Of a stretch of 58,706 nt of DNA, positions 37,635-47,576 are shown piece after piece (positions within the stretch are counted from its first letter, which is position 1; each line of letters opens with the position of its first letter). A model generated the notes under the pieces. That model was not told the DNA's origin and did not search any database. It saw nothing but the letters and a program-made list of their open reading frames with translations. A program made the translations under genes and the position numbers. The stretch is from Actinomycetota bacterium (GTDB lineage: Bacteria > Actinomycetota > Humimicrobiia > JAHJRV01). The DNA lies in contig JAHJRV010000035.1 in the NCBI GenBank assembly GCA_018830725.1, forward strand, positions 1 to 58,706, written 5' to 3'.

Positions 37635-37784
37635 TAACACCTCCTAATTTATTTTTATTTATAGATTAAGGGAATTATAACACTTTTTTGAAATTTATCA
37701 ACTATTTAAACTTTTCTTACTCATCTTAAATAATAAAAAATTATTAATAATCACTTAAGTTAAATGTTAAAAATAATTACTAAA

Positions 37785-40442
37785 TTATGCAATTCTTTCT
37801 GAAACAATCTTTGAAGTGCCATCTGGATTCATTGATACACCATATAATACATCAGCCATTTCTATAGTTCTTCTTTGATGAGTAATTATTATGAGTTGGT
37901 GTTGTTTTTTAAATTTCTTTACTAAATTTATAAATCTTTTTAAATTTACTTCATCAAGAGCTGCATCTACTTCATCTAAAATATAGAAAGGACTTGGCAT
38001 AAGCTTAAATAATGCAAAAATAAAAGCAATAGAAGCTAACGCTTTCTCACCACCTGAAAGAAGGGAAATTGCTCTATTTTTGATTCCACCAACATTTACC
38101 TTTATATCAACTCCATTTTCTTCTTTATTTTCTGTCTTGATCAATTCCAGATGTGCATCTCCTTTTGGGAAAAGTGTTTTAAAAAGCTCTCTAAAATATA
38201 TGTCCACTTTTTCAAAAGATTCTAAGAAAAGATTTTCCATCTGTTTGCCCATTTCTGATAATAATTTCAATAAGTCTCTTTTTGCATTCGTTAAATCTTT
38301 TATCTGTTCATTTAAAAATTTTCTTCTATCATCAAGCTTCTGATAATCTTCTAATGCAATCGGATTTATTGGACCTATTTCATATAATTCTGCTTTAAAA
38401 TTATTTATCCCCTTCTGTATTTTTTCTATGTCTAATACCTTAATAGACTCCTTAACTGCTTTATCTATAGATTCATAACCCAATCTTCTTAATTCATTAG
38501 TTTTAGACTGTATATTTATTTTTAATTGAGCTTTATCTAAATTTAAAATTTGGTATTCTTCTCTCAGTTTCTCTATCTTTTCTTTTTTATATCTTACTCT
38601 TTTACTAATTTCTTCTCGCTTGATCTCATAATTTTCAAGTTTGCTTCTATCTCCTCTATTAATCTCTTTCAACATTTTAGCAATATTTCTTGAAATATTT
38701 TCCATCCTGATAAATATATCTTCTAAATAATTTGCCTTTTTTCTGACATTTTCCACTTCATCAAGAGCTTTTTTTCTATATGCTTTGTCACTTTTTATAA
38801 TAATATCTTTTTTTCTCAAACTATTAAGCTTAACTTCAAGGTTACTCTTTCTTTCCTCAAGCACAGATATTGAGACTTCTATAGAATTTAATTCACTTAA
38901 AATATCTTTTTCATCATTTATTAATTTATTTATCTGTTGTGGAATATCTTTAATGTCTGAAAATCCTTTCTCTAACAAACTCAAAATAGATTCATATTTT
39001 TTAGAGATTTCCTGGTTATTTTTTAGCTCTGATTTAATATTTATTAACTTTGACTCACTATAATTTATAATCTCCTCAATTTTTTTGTTTTTAAAAGAAA
39101 TATTTGATGTAGTATCCCTATTCTTATTTAATATATCTATGGGTTCAGAAAAGATTGATTTATATTCACGAATTTTTAAAATCATCTCATCAATATTCTC
39201 TTTTAACAGATTTAGATTTCTGGATAATAATGGTAGACTATCAGAAGTTTTAGTTGATAACTTTAAAAGCAAAGATTGTAATTCCTCTTCTTGTTGATCA
39301 TAAATTATGTTTTTCTGAGCTATTTTTTCCCTTATTTCATATAGGTGAGTATTTTTTTCTCTTTGTTTCTCTTTTTTAGATTTTATCTTATTTTCTATAT
39401 CTTCCAATTTTGATTTAAATACATTTATATCTAATTCATCTGTAACTTTACCCCGACTCAGAACTATACTTAAATCCTGCCACCCTTTAATCATTGATTT
39501 TAAATATTTGCTTTTCTCTGATACCAAAGATTTCCAACCTTTTATAGTAACTGTATTTTTTTCTATTTTATATAGATAATCAAAATCATTTTGAAGTTTA
39601 TCTGAGAGATCTCTTATTTTTTCCGCAATTTCATTTTTAGTAGATTCTAATTTATTTAAGTCTGTTCTTAAATTATCAATTTCTGCTCTTGTTATTTCCT
39701 CTTTTTCTATAATACCTTCTTCTCTATTTTTAAGATCACACAGAATTGTGACGGTTAATGATAATTCCTTCTCCCTTAATTGTTTTTCTAATTCTGAAAA
39801 TCTTTGAGCAACTTCAGCCTGCTTTTTTAAAGGCTTTAGTTGTCTATTTACCTCAGATACTATATCTTTCAATCTAAAAATATTGACATCAGTCTTTTTT
39901 AGTTTTCTAAAAGCTTTTTTCTTCCTTATTTCGTATTTTGTTACACCACAAGCATCCTCAATGAGATGCTTTTTTTCCTTAGGATGACTAGTTAAAACAT
40001 TATCAAGTTCACCCTGATTTATAATTGATTTAAATTGTTTGCCCAATCCAGCACTGGCAATAAGAGACTTTATGTCAATAAGTCTACAAGGTACATCATT
40101 CAATAAATACAAATTGCTTTCATCTTTAGAAGCTTGACGTTGGATTGAGACCTCTTGAAAATCTAAAGGTAGAGTATTATCTTCATTATTTAGAACTAAT
40201 CTAACAGTGGCAATATTAAGAGGAGACCTTACAAGACTTCCCAAATAGATAACATCTTCCATGCTTATACCTCTGAGTGATTTGGGGCTTTGTTCTCCTA
40301 ATACCCAGGAAATTGAATCAACAATATTGCTTTTCCCGGCTCCATTTGGACCAACTATTGCTGTAATTCCTGGATTAAAGACAATTTTAGTTTTTTCAGC
40401 AAATGATTTAAATCCGTATAGTGTAACTTCTTTTATAAACAT
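37785..40442 (-). CDS. smc: Chromosome partition protein Smc
   Basis: Walker A GPNGAGKSNI, long coiled coils, signature LSGGEKALASIAF, Walker B FYILDEVDAALD. Confidence 0.93.
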   Translation of the reverse strand: MFIKEVTLYGFKSFAEKTKIVFNPGITAIVGPNGAGKSNIVDSISWVLGEQSPKSLRGISMEDVIYLGSLVRSPLNIATVRLVLNNEDNTLPLDFQEVSIQRQASKDESNLYLLNDVPCRLIDIKSLIASAGLGKQFKSIINQGELDNVLTSHPKEKKHLIEDACGVTKYEIRKKKAFRKLKKTDVNIFRLKDIVSEVNRQLKPLKKQAEVAQRFSELEKQLREKELSLTVTILCDLKNREEGIIEKEEITRAEIDNLRTDLNKLESTKNEIAEKIRDLSDKLQNDFDYLYKIEKNTVTIKGWKSLVSEKSKYLKSMIKGWQDLSIVLSRGKVTDELDINVFKSKLEDIENKIKSKKEKQREKNTHLYEIREKIAQKNIIYDQQEEELQSLLLKLSTKTSDSLPLLSRNLNLLKENIDEMILKIREYKSIFSEPIDILNKNRDTTSNISFKNKKIEEIINYSESKLINIKSELKNNQEISKKYESILSLLEKGFSDIKDIPQQINKLINDEKDILSELNSIEVSISVLEERKSNLEVKLNSLRKKDIIIKSDKAYRKKALDEVENVRKKANYLEDIFIRMENISRNIAKMLKEINRGDRSKLENYEIKREEISKRVRYKKEKIEKLREEYQILNLDKAQLKINIQSKTNELRRLGYESIDKAVKESIKVLDIEKIQKGINNFKAELYEIGPINPIALEDYQKLDDRRKFLNEQIKDLTNAKRDLLKLLSEMGKQMENLFLESFEKVDIYFRELFKTLFPKGDAHLELIKTENKEENGVDIKVNVGGIKNRAISLLSGGEKALASIAFIFALFKLMPSPFYILDEVDAALDEVNLKRFINLVKKFKKQHQLIIITHQRRTIEMADVLYGVSMNPDGTSKIVSERIA

Positions 40443-40466
40443 GCTACAAATTTTAGAATAAATTAT

Positions 40467-41165
40467 TTATATATTTTTAGAAATTTTCATTAATGCTAAT
40501 TTTGCTGCTTCTTGTTCAGCATCTTTCTTGCTACTACCCCATCCCTCACCAATCACTATTTTATCTAAAAAGGTTTTTGCTAAAAACATTTTAGCGTGGT
40601 CAGGTCCTTCTTCTTTTAAAATTTTATAACTTAACTTACCAACCTTCTTCTGGGATAGAATCTCCTGCAGTCTTGTTTTATAATCATCTAAAAAGGGTTT
40701 TTTTACCTCATCATCTATTTTTTTAGAGTATAGATTGATAACCCACTTTTTTGTCTTTTTAATACCTAAATCTAAATAAATAGCTCCTATTAATGCTTCT
40801 AAGGCATCGGCCAGTATGGAATCCTTCTTCCTCCCACCTGATCCATCCTCATTTTCTCCTAAAATAATTACTTTTCCTAAGTCTATATCTTTAGCTAATT
40901 GAGATAATGTATCACCACTCACTAAATTTGACTTTATTTTTGCAAGTTCTCCTTCATTTTTTGTTGGAAATTTCTGATATAAATAAGAAATGATTATTAA
41001 TGAAAGAACTGAATCTCCTAAAAACTCCAATCTTTCATTTGTTTCTGTATTTTCATCAATATCATGTAAATAGGAGCGATGAGTTAATGCTTTAATTAAA
41101 ATTTCTTTTTTTTTAAATACCAGTTTTTGATCTTTAGCCCAGTTTATTATTTGCTCTGTATTCAT
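40467..41165 (-). CDS. rnc: Ribonuclease III
   Basis: RNase III signature ERLEFLGDSVL plus a C-terminal dsRBD. Confidence 0.93.
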   Translation of the reverse strand: MNTEQIINWAKDQKLVFKKKEILIKALTHRSYLHDIDENTETNERLEFLGDSVLSLIIISYLYQKFPTKNEGELAKIKSNLVSGDTLSQLAKDIDLGKVIILGENEDGSGGRKKDSILADALEALIGAIYLDLGIKKTKKWVINLYSKKIDDEVKKPFLDDYKTRLQEILSQKKVGKLSYKILKEEGPDHAKMFLAKTFLDKIVIGEGWGSSKKDAEQEAAKLALMKISKNI

Positions 41166-41280
41166 ATATTCTATACTTTTAAAAATTAAAAAAAATTATC
41201 TAATCAGTTAGTTTATCACAAACAAGTTCGGTTGTTAAAGATAATCAAATGCATTTCAAGATTTTCTCTCATTTTCTTTT

Positions 41281-41325
41281 AATAAAATAAAAGCCTTTAG
41301 TAATAAATAATTGCTAAAGGCTTTT
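41281..41325 (-). terminator. Intrinsic terminator downstream of acpP
   Basis: 12-bp stem AAAAGCCTTTAG (41289-41300) / CTAAAGGCTTTT (41314-41325). On the minus strand it is followed by a U-rich tract (UUAUUUUAUU). Confidence 0.7.
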
Positions 41326-41352
41326 AGTTGACAAAGTTAAAAAATTTAGAGA

Positions 41353-41592
41353 TTAAACTGCAGACTGAATATAATTTATTACATCATTTACACTTAAAAC
41401 TTTTTCTACATCCTCATCTGGTATTTCTATATTAAATTCCTCCTCTATAGCCATAACTATTTCCACTATATCTAACGAATCTGCACCGAAATCCTCTAAA
41501 AATTTTGATTCAAATGATATTTTTTCCTCTTCAATATCTAAAACATCAGTAATTAATTTTTTTAATTTTTCAAAAATTTCATCCCTTTCCAT
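41353..41592 (-). CDS. acpP: Acyl carrier protein
   Basis: Phosphopantetheine site GADSLDIVE. The start is set to ATG at 41592, which has GGAGG 5 nt upstream. The track's 19-aa N-terminal extension is unlikely. Confidence 0.92.
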   Translation of the reverse strand: MERDEIFEKLKKLITDVLDIEEEKISFESKFLEDFGADSLDIVEIVMAIEEEFNIEIPDEDVEKVLSVNDVINYIQSAV

Positions 41593-41666
41593 ATTACCTC
41601 CAAATATTTTTTTAATTCTTTTGACGAGAAATATCCTTTTTAGTTTCAAATAAATATAGTTATTTC

Positions 41667-42695
41667 CTATCTATCCTCTTTCAAATACTTACTTATTTCA
41701 CTTTTTAAATTGATTATCATTTCACTATTTATCACTTGTTTAGCAACTCTAATAGAATTTTTTATTGCTTTAGATTTTGATCTACCATGAGCTTTTATAC
41801 AAATACCATCTATTCCCACAAGTTGAAGACCACCATATTCTCTGTAATCAAATTTTTTCTTTAAACTTTTCAGTGAGGGCTTTAATAGATATGCACATAT
41901 CTTACTTACTGTATTAGTGAGAAATGTATCTTTTAATTGATTAAATAGCATTTCTGCAGTTCCCTCCATAGATTTTATAACAATATTTCCTATAAAACCA
42001 TCACATACTATAACATGGGCTTTTCCATCTAATATTTTGTGACCTTCAATGTTTCCAACAAAATCTTTAATTGATTTAGAAATTAACTCATATGACTCTT
42101 GGACTAAGTGATTTCCTTTTGTTCTTTCTTCCCCTATACTCAGTAAACCAACCTTAGGTTTAACATCCACTAACAAATTTTTATATAAAATCTTCCCCAT
42201 AATAGCAAATTGTAATAAATATATTGGTTTACAATCAACATTTGCACCTATGTCAATCAATAGTATTGGATTTTTAACAGTGGGTATAAATGCAGCCAAT
42301 GCGGGTCTTTTTACACCTTTTATTCTCCCAATATTTAGAATAGCTGAGGCCATAACTGCTCCTGTTGGACCTGCAGAAATCATTCCATCTGCCACTTTAT
42401 CTCTTACTAGTTTCGAACAAATATTTATAGAACTCTGTTTTTTTCTTCTTACAACTATTGCAGGACTTTCATCTTGCTCTATCTTTTGAGTAGCATTTAG
42501 AACTGATACCCTCTTCTTATCAAATATTTGCTTTGATAATAAACTATTTATCTTTTCTTCTTCACCAACAAGAATAATACTGAAATCTTCTTCTTCTAAA
42601 GATAGAATTGCTCCCTCAACTATCTCTTCGGGAGCATAATCACCTCCCATGGCATCTATTGCAATTGTAATTTTTTTTATTTCTTTTTTATTCAA
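41667..42695 (-). CDS. plsX: Phosphate acyltransferase PlsX
   Basis: Full-length PlsX similarity (IAIDAMGGDYAP, DGFIGN). Confidence 0.93.
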   Translation of the reverse strand: MNKKEIKKITIAIDAMGGDYAPEEIVEGAILSLEEEDFSIILVGEEEKINSLLSKQIFDKKRVSVLNATQKIEQDESPAIVVRRKKQSSINICSKLVRDKVADGMISAGPTGAVMASAILNIGRIKGVKRPALAAFIPTVKNPILLIDIGANVDCKPIYLLQFAIMGKILYKNLLVDVKPKVGLLSIGEERTKGNHLVQESYELISKSIKDFVGNIEGHKILDGKAHVIVCDGFIGNIVIKSMEGTAEMLFNQLKDTFLTNTVSKICAYLLKPSLKSLKKKFDYREYGGLQLVGIDGICIKAHGRSKSKAIKNSIRVAKQVINSEMIINLKSEISKYLKEDR

Positions 42696-42762
42696 CCTTT
42701 AATTTTCCTTGCTAGTTACATGTGACATCCTCTCTCCAATTAATTCCATAAAAGAATTATTG

Positions 42763-42869
42763 AAGAATTTGAATATAGTTTCTCCCTTTATATTTCACTC
42801 AATTCCCCTCCCTTTATGGGAGGGGGTAGGGGGAGGGTAAAATGTCTTCGAAACCATGTCACAAATCTC
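42763..42869. repeat. Nested palindromic intergenic element, copy 3 (long form, inverted relative to copies 1 and 2)
   Basis: The reverse complement reads GAGATTTGTGACATGGTTTCGAAGACATTTT...GAAACTATATTCAAATTCTT. Inner hairpin CCCCTCCC (42805-42812) / GGGAGGGG (42818-42825). Plus-strand G-tracts GGG-A-GGGGG-TA-GGGGG-A-GGG. Confidence 0.8.
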
Positions 42870-42899
42870 AAAAAGTACAAATTTTATAAAAAGATATAT

Positions 42900-43958
42900 T
42901 TAAATATCAAGTGCTTTCTTTAAACTATCAATTGAAACCTGCTCAGTAAGTATTTCTCTTAACCTATCTACCTTCTGAGGTTCATGTATTCTAAGATGTC
43001 CCACAATCTTCTCTGTTTTTTCAACTGTTGTAAGTGTGTCATAAGGTACTAATACCATAGGAACTCCTAATTCCTCCGCTCTTCCCAAAACGATAGCACT
43101 TGGTTGAAAACCGCCAGTTAAAATAAGGCACTTTGTTGAGGTTTCTAATGCTGCTAATTGAACATCAGCTCTATCTCCTCCTGTAATAACTGCTTTATTT
43201 GCTACTCTTCTAAAAAATCTCAATGCCTGTTCTTGACCCATAGCTCCAACCATAAATGCTTCAACAAGTTCATCTACAAAATCATGAGCACATAATACTT
43301 CTCCATTAAGATTCGTTGATAAATCTTTAACACTAATTGAGGAAAGCAGTTTATTTTCGATTACTGTACCAAAGACTGGGATGTCATTTTTATTTAAATA
43401 GGGAATTATATTCTCATCTATATATTCTATTTCGTCTCTTGGAATTATATTTATAATTACACCCAAGAAATGTTCTTTAAGTTGTTTTTTTATGAATAGT
43501 ATCTCATCAACCATTCCCCATTTATATTTTGTTACTAAAATTACTTTTGAGGGAATCTCCTTGCATATTTGGGGAACTGAAACTCCTAATGCCAAACCAT
43601 CATTTAGACTTCGGGCTCCTTCCATCAAAATTAAATCTACATCTTTAGACACCATTTTATGTGCTTCAACTATTTTATTCATTAAATTAGGTATTTCACC
43701 TCGTAAACCCTCAGTATATAATTCAGGAGTCAATATAATTGGTGAGTGATGAGATAAAATTTCACAAGTTCCCAAAACCTCACACATAAATTCAGCATCA
43801 CCATCCATTATTGTATCCTTAACTTTTTTAGGATGTGTTCCAACAGGTTTAATAAAATTTAAATTATATCCCTGATTTTTCAAAATTAATCCTAATCCAG
43901 CACAAATTGTGCTTTTACCCGAAAATTCCTCATTTGAGACTATATAACATGTAACCAT
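42900..43958 (-). CDS. Stand-alone phosphotransacetylase N-terminal-like protein (BioD-like P-loop domain + DRTGG domain)
   Basis: N-terminal nucleotide-binding-like SGKSTICAGLG...IKPVG and C-terminal DRTGG-type region (VITGGDRADVQLAAL...LILTGG). No PTA catalytic domain. Confidence 0.7.
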   Translation of the reverse strand: MVTCYIVSNEEFSGKSTICAGLGLILKNQGYNLNFIKPVGTHPKKVKDTIMDGDAEFMCEVLGTCEILSHHSPIILTPELYTEGLRGEIPNLMNKIVEAHKMVSKDVDLILMEGARSLNDGLALGVSVPQICKEIPSKVILVTKYKWGMVDEILFIKKQLKEHFLGVIINIIPRDEIEYIDENIIPYLNKNDIPVFGTVIENKLLSSISVKDLSTNLNGEVLCAHDFVDELVEAFMVGAMGQEQALRFFRRVANKAVITGGDRADVQLAALETSTKCLILTGGFQPSAIVLGRAEELGVPMVLVPYDTLTTVEKTEKIVGHLRIHEPQKVDRLREILTEQVSIDSLKKALDI

Positions 43959-43962
43959 TTAA

Positions 43963-46059
43963 TCACCCTCCTAAAGAAATTCTTACATCTGTAGCTACAG
44001 ACCTTTTTCCTTTATCATAAACCATTAAAGGATTTATATCCATTTCTAAAATATTGGGAAAATCAGTTACTAACTGTGATAGCCTAAGTAATGAGTCTAC
44101 TATTGAATCAATATCTGCTGATTTCTCTCCCCTTATTCCACGAAGAAGTGGAAAAGATTTTATCTCAGATATCATCTCCCAAGCCTCACTCTCAGTTATA
44201 GGAGCAACCCTAAATGAAACATCCTTTAATGCTTCTACATATATTCCTCCTAATCCAAACATAAGTAATGGACCAAATTGAGGATCTTTGTTCATCCCCA
44301 ATATGACCTCCCTTTTAGCACTAATAAATTCTTGTAATATCACCCCCAATATTTTTGCATTTGGCATATATCTCTTTGCTTCCCATATTATATCATCAAA
44401 AGAATCTCTTAATTCCTGCTTATTCTTTATTCCAATCTTAACACCACCGACATCAGTCTTATGTAATATATCTGGAGAAGCAACTTTTAAAACAAGTGGA
44501 TAACCAATTCTTTCTGCTATCTCAGTAGCCTGATTAATGTCCTTGGCTAATTCTGTTTTTGGTATTCTTATACCATACGCTTTTACAACCTCTCTTGCTT
44601 CTTCATCACTTAAAAATCTTTTGTCCTCAGAAATAGCGGTTGCAAAGATTTTTTGAACTTTTTCCCTATCAACATCAAATTTCTGATAAATCTTCTCTGG
44701 ACTAACTACATATTTATGATATCTATTCATTGCAGCTAAAGATGCGATGGCTCTTTCTGGAAAGTGATAATTTGGTATTGAATTATCAATTAATATCTCT
44801 ACACCTGCTTTTACATGATCTTTCCCCATAAAGCAAGCTATAATAGTTTTTTCTGTTCTCTTTGAAAGTTCAGCTAAACCTATTGCAGTTTCTTTTATCT
44901 GAGTTGGGGCTGCTGGAACCAAAATTGCTATCAGTGAATCAACATTTTCATCATTGATCAGCAAATTCGCTGCTCTTAAATACCTTTCTGCTAATGAATC
45001 CCCTAAAACATCCACTGGATTATAAACATTAGCTGCACTTGGTAGAAAACTTCTCAATCTATCAATTGTTTCTGAAGAAAATTGTGAAAGTATGATCCCA
45101 TTTCTTTCACAAGCATCACTTGCCATTACTCCAGCTCCTCCAGCATTTGTAACTATTGCAGCTCTTCTTCCCAATGGTAATGGTTGATAAGCAAGTGCAA
45201 CAGAATAATCAAATAAATCCTGAACTGATTGAGCGTGAATTACACCACTTTGTTTAAAAGCAGCATCATATGCAGCTTGCGAACCAGCTAAGGTTCCAGT
45301 ATGTGATGAAACAGCTTTTGCACCTGAATCTGTACCACCAGATTTTACAAGAATTACCGGCTTCTTTTTTGAGACTTCAGAGGTAACTTTTATAAATTTC
45401 TCCCCTTCAGTTACTCCCTCTAAGTAACCAGTAATGGCCTTTGTTTTTGGGTCTTTTAAAAAATCCTCAAGAAAATCAACCTCGGTTAGATCAGCTTTAT
45501 TTCCTAAACTTACAAATTTATGAAAACCTATTTTCTCCCCTATTGACCAATCCAAAATTGCAGCACACAATGCACCAGACTGAGAAAAGAATGAGATATT
45601 GCCTTTTTTTGGAGTATGAGTAGTGAAAGAAGCATTATATGGACTATCGGTATTTATTATTCCCAAACAATTCGGACCTACGATTCTAATTCCATTTGAT
45701 TTTGCTATACTTGCTACTTCTTTTTCTAACTTTGAACCTTCAATTCCAGCTTCCTTAAAACCAGCAGAAATTATTACTGTAGCTTTCACCCCTTTTTTAC
45801 CACATTCTTCCATAACTTTTGGAACAAATTTAGCAGGAACAACTATAACTGCCATCTCAACATCTACTGGAATATCTAATATTGAAGGATAACATTTAAT
45901 AGCATGAATCTCATCAGCTTTTGGATTAACTGGAAAAAAGGGTCCCTTAAATCCTGAATTTCTAATGTTATCGAATATTAAATGTCCTACTTTATGTTCT
46001 TCTCTCGATACACCAATAACTGCTATAGAACTTGGGTAAAAAAGAGATTTAAGGCTCAA
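43963..46059 (-). CDS. ADP-forming acetyl-CoA synthetase (NDP-forming acyl-CoA synthetase, fused alpha/beta)
   Basis: CoA-binding N-terminal domain (IAVIGVS...), succinyl-CoA-synthetase-like flavodoxin domains with phosphohistidine context (SHTGTLAG), and a C-terminal ATP-grasp. 698 aa. Confidence 0.82.
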   Translation of the reverse strand: MSLKSLFYPSSIAVIGVSREEHKVGHLIFDNIRNSGFKGPFFPVNPKADEIHAIKCYPSILDIPVDVEMAVIVVPAKFVPKVMEECGKKGVKATVIISAGFKEAGIEGSKLEKEVASIAKSNGIRIVGPNCLGIINTDSPYNASFTTHTPKKGNISFFSQSGALCAAILDWSIGEKIGFHKFVSLGNKADLTEVDFLEDFLKDPKTKAITGYLEGVTEGEKFIKVTSEVSKKKPVILVKSGGTDSGAKAVSSHTGTLAGSQAAYDAAFKQSGVIHAQSVQDLFDYSVALAYQPLPLGRRAAIVTNAGGAGVMASDACERNGIILSQFSSETIDRLRSFLPSAANVYNPVDVLGDSLAERYLRAANLLINDENVDSLIAILVPAAPTQIKETAIGLAELSKRTEKTIIACFMGKDHVKAGVEILIDNSIPNYHFPERAIASLAAMNRYHKYVVSPEKIYQKFDVDREKVQKIFATAISEDKRFLSDEEAREVVKAYGIRIPKTELAKDINQATEIAERIGYPLVLKVASPDILHKTDVGGVKIGIKNKQELRDSFDDIIWEAKRYMPNAKILGVILQEFISAKREVILGMNKDPQFGPLLMFGLGGIYVEALKDVSFRVAPITESEAWEMISEIKSFPLLRGIRGEKSADIDSIVDSLLRLSQLVTDFPNILEMDINPLMVYDKGKRSVATDVRISLGG

Positions 46060-46076
46060 GTATCAACCTCCAACTT

Positions 46077-46268
46077 CTATTTTTTCTTTTTCTTTTCAAC
46101 CTTTATTACTTCCATTTTATTATAATAACCACAATTAGGACATATTCTATGCGGAACTTTAGGTTCATGACATTGAGGACACTCAACTAAAGTTGGTAAG
46201 TTTAATTTATGATGTGCTCTTCTCTTATTTCTTCTCGATTTTGAAGTTTTTCTCTTAGGAACAGCCAA
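46077..46268 (-). CDS. rpmF: 50S ribosomal protein L32
   Basis: [19 protein letters not shown] and a CxxC...CxxC zinc ribbon. Confidence 0.93.
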   Translation of the reverse strand: MAVPKRKTSKSRRNKRRAHHKLNLPTLVECPQCHEPKVPHRICPNCGYYNKMEVIKVEKKKKK

Positions 46269-46435
46269 TTATATACCTCCAAACCATTCTATTTTTTTTA
46301 CTGTTCACTTAAGCTATATTTTCCCATACAAAATACTTATGAAAATATATCATAAAGTCTATAAAATCAACTAAATTATATAAAATGTTAAATAAAATCT
46401 ATAAATTGTAATTTAACTCAGTAATTAAAAAACTT

Positions 46436-46897
46436 TTACTTCTCTTCTTCTATAGTTTTTCCCGATAGTTTATCTCTTCCCTTTTCAATTGATAAAAGAA
46501 GTTTTTGAAGAGTTGCTTCTAAGTTAGCTAACTTTGAATCTATGTAATCTTCAGCTTCTAATCTTATCCCTCTTGCTTTTGTCTCAGCTTGTTTGATAAT
46601 TACCTCTGACTCTCTATGCGCTTTCTTTATTATTTCAGTTTCTGAAACCAACTTATTTGCATTTTCTTGTGCTTCTTTAACAATTCTATCTGCTTCTTTT
46701 CTTGAATCATTTAGTACTTGATCCCTCTCTTTTACAATCCACCTTGCCTGTTTGAATTCCTCTGGAAAAGATGCTTTTAATCTATCCAGGAATTCATAGA
46801 TCTTTCCCTCATTTATAATAATATTTGAGGTTAGAGGAAGTCTTTTACTTTTTGAAATCAAATCTTCGAATTCTTCGATTACTTTTAATGCATCCAA
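46436..46897 (-). CDS. Hypothetical coiled-coil protein (ATP-synthase-b-like composition)
   Basis: 153 aa, Lys/Glu-rich heptad-like sequence (KEADRIVKEAQENANKLV...). I recognise no catalytic motif. Confidence 0.5.
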   Translation of the reverse strand: MDALKVIEEFEDLISKSKRLPLTSNIIINEGKIYEFLDRLKASFPEEFKQARWIVKERDQVLNDSRKEADRIVKEAQENANKLVSETEIIKKAHRESEVIIKQAETKARGIRLEAEDYIDSKLANLEATLQKLLLSIEKGRDKLSGKTIEEEK

Positions 46898-47023
46898 AAT
46901 AACTCCTTTCTAAAAATCCTAATAGATTTTTAGATATAATAAATCATTTTAATAAAAATTTAAAGAAATATACGAATAAATTAAGTTAAATTAATCCTTA
47001 TTTTCTCCCAAAGTCATAATAAT

Positions 47024-47524
47024 TTAATCTCTATTTTTTTTATATTGATTATAATATCTAATTAAATCATTATTTATCTCTGGTGGTATCAAATTTTCAA
47101 TACATCCGTTAAATCTTAAAACTTCTTTTACAGCACTTGAACTTAGAAATGCGTAATCAGTTTTGGTTACCAAAAATACAGTCTCAATTTCTGGAGCTAA
47201 TTTATGATTCACTTGTGCCATTTGAAACTCATATTCGAAATCTGATGATGCTCTTAATCCCTTAACTATAACTAATGCTTTTTCCTTCTTTGCTAAATCA
47301 ACTAATAATTCATCAAAGTGACAAACGTCAATATTCGGATAAGGTTCGATCACTTTTTTTAATAGCATAACCCTCACATCTACTGGAAAAAAGGGGGTCT
47401 TTCTTGGATTCTTAGCAACTGCTACAATAACCTTATCATATAATTTCGATGCTCGTATGAATATATCTTTATGACCTGATGTAACTGGATCATAACTTCC
47501 TGGACAAATTGCTACTTCTTTCAT
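47024..47524 (-). CDS. coaD: Phosphopantetheine adenylyltransferase
   Basis: PGSYDPVTSGHKDI nucleotidyltransferase motif. 166 aa. Confidence 0.92.
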   Translation of the reverse strand: MKEVAICPGSYDPVTSGHKDIFIRASKLYDKVIVAVAKNPRKTPFFPVDVRVMLLKKVIEPYPNIDVCHFDELLVDLAKKEKALVIVKGLRASSDFEYEFQMAQVNHKLAPEIETVFLVTKTDYAFLSSSAVKEVLRFNGCIENLIPPEINNDLIRYYNQYKKNRD

Positions 47525-47576
47525 AACCCACTCCTAAAAATATTTATTTATTTAAAATTTCTAAGACTTTAGCTTT

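Noticed and set aside
41593-41649. 19-aa N-terminal extension of acpP in the track (MKLKRIFLVKRIKKIFGGN).
   Set aside because: GGAGG sits 5 nt before the internal ATG at 41592. The shorter start gives a canonical 79-aa ACP.
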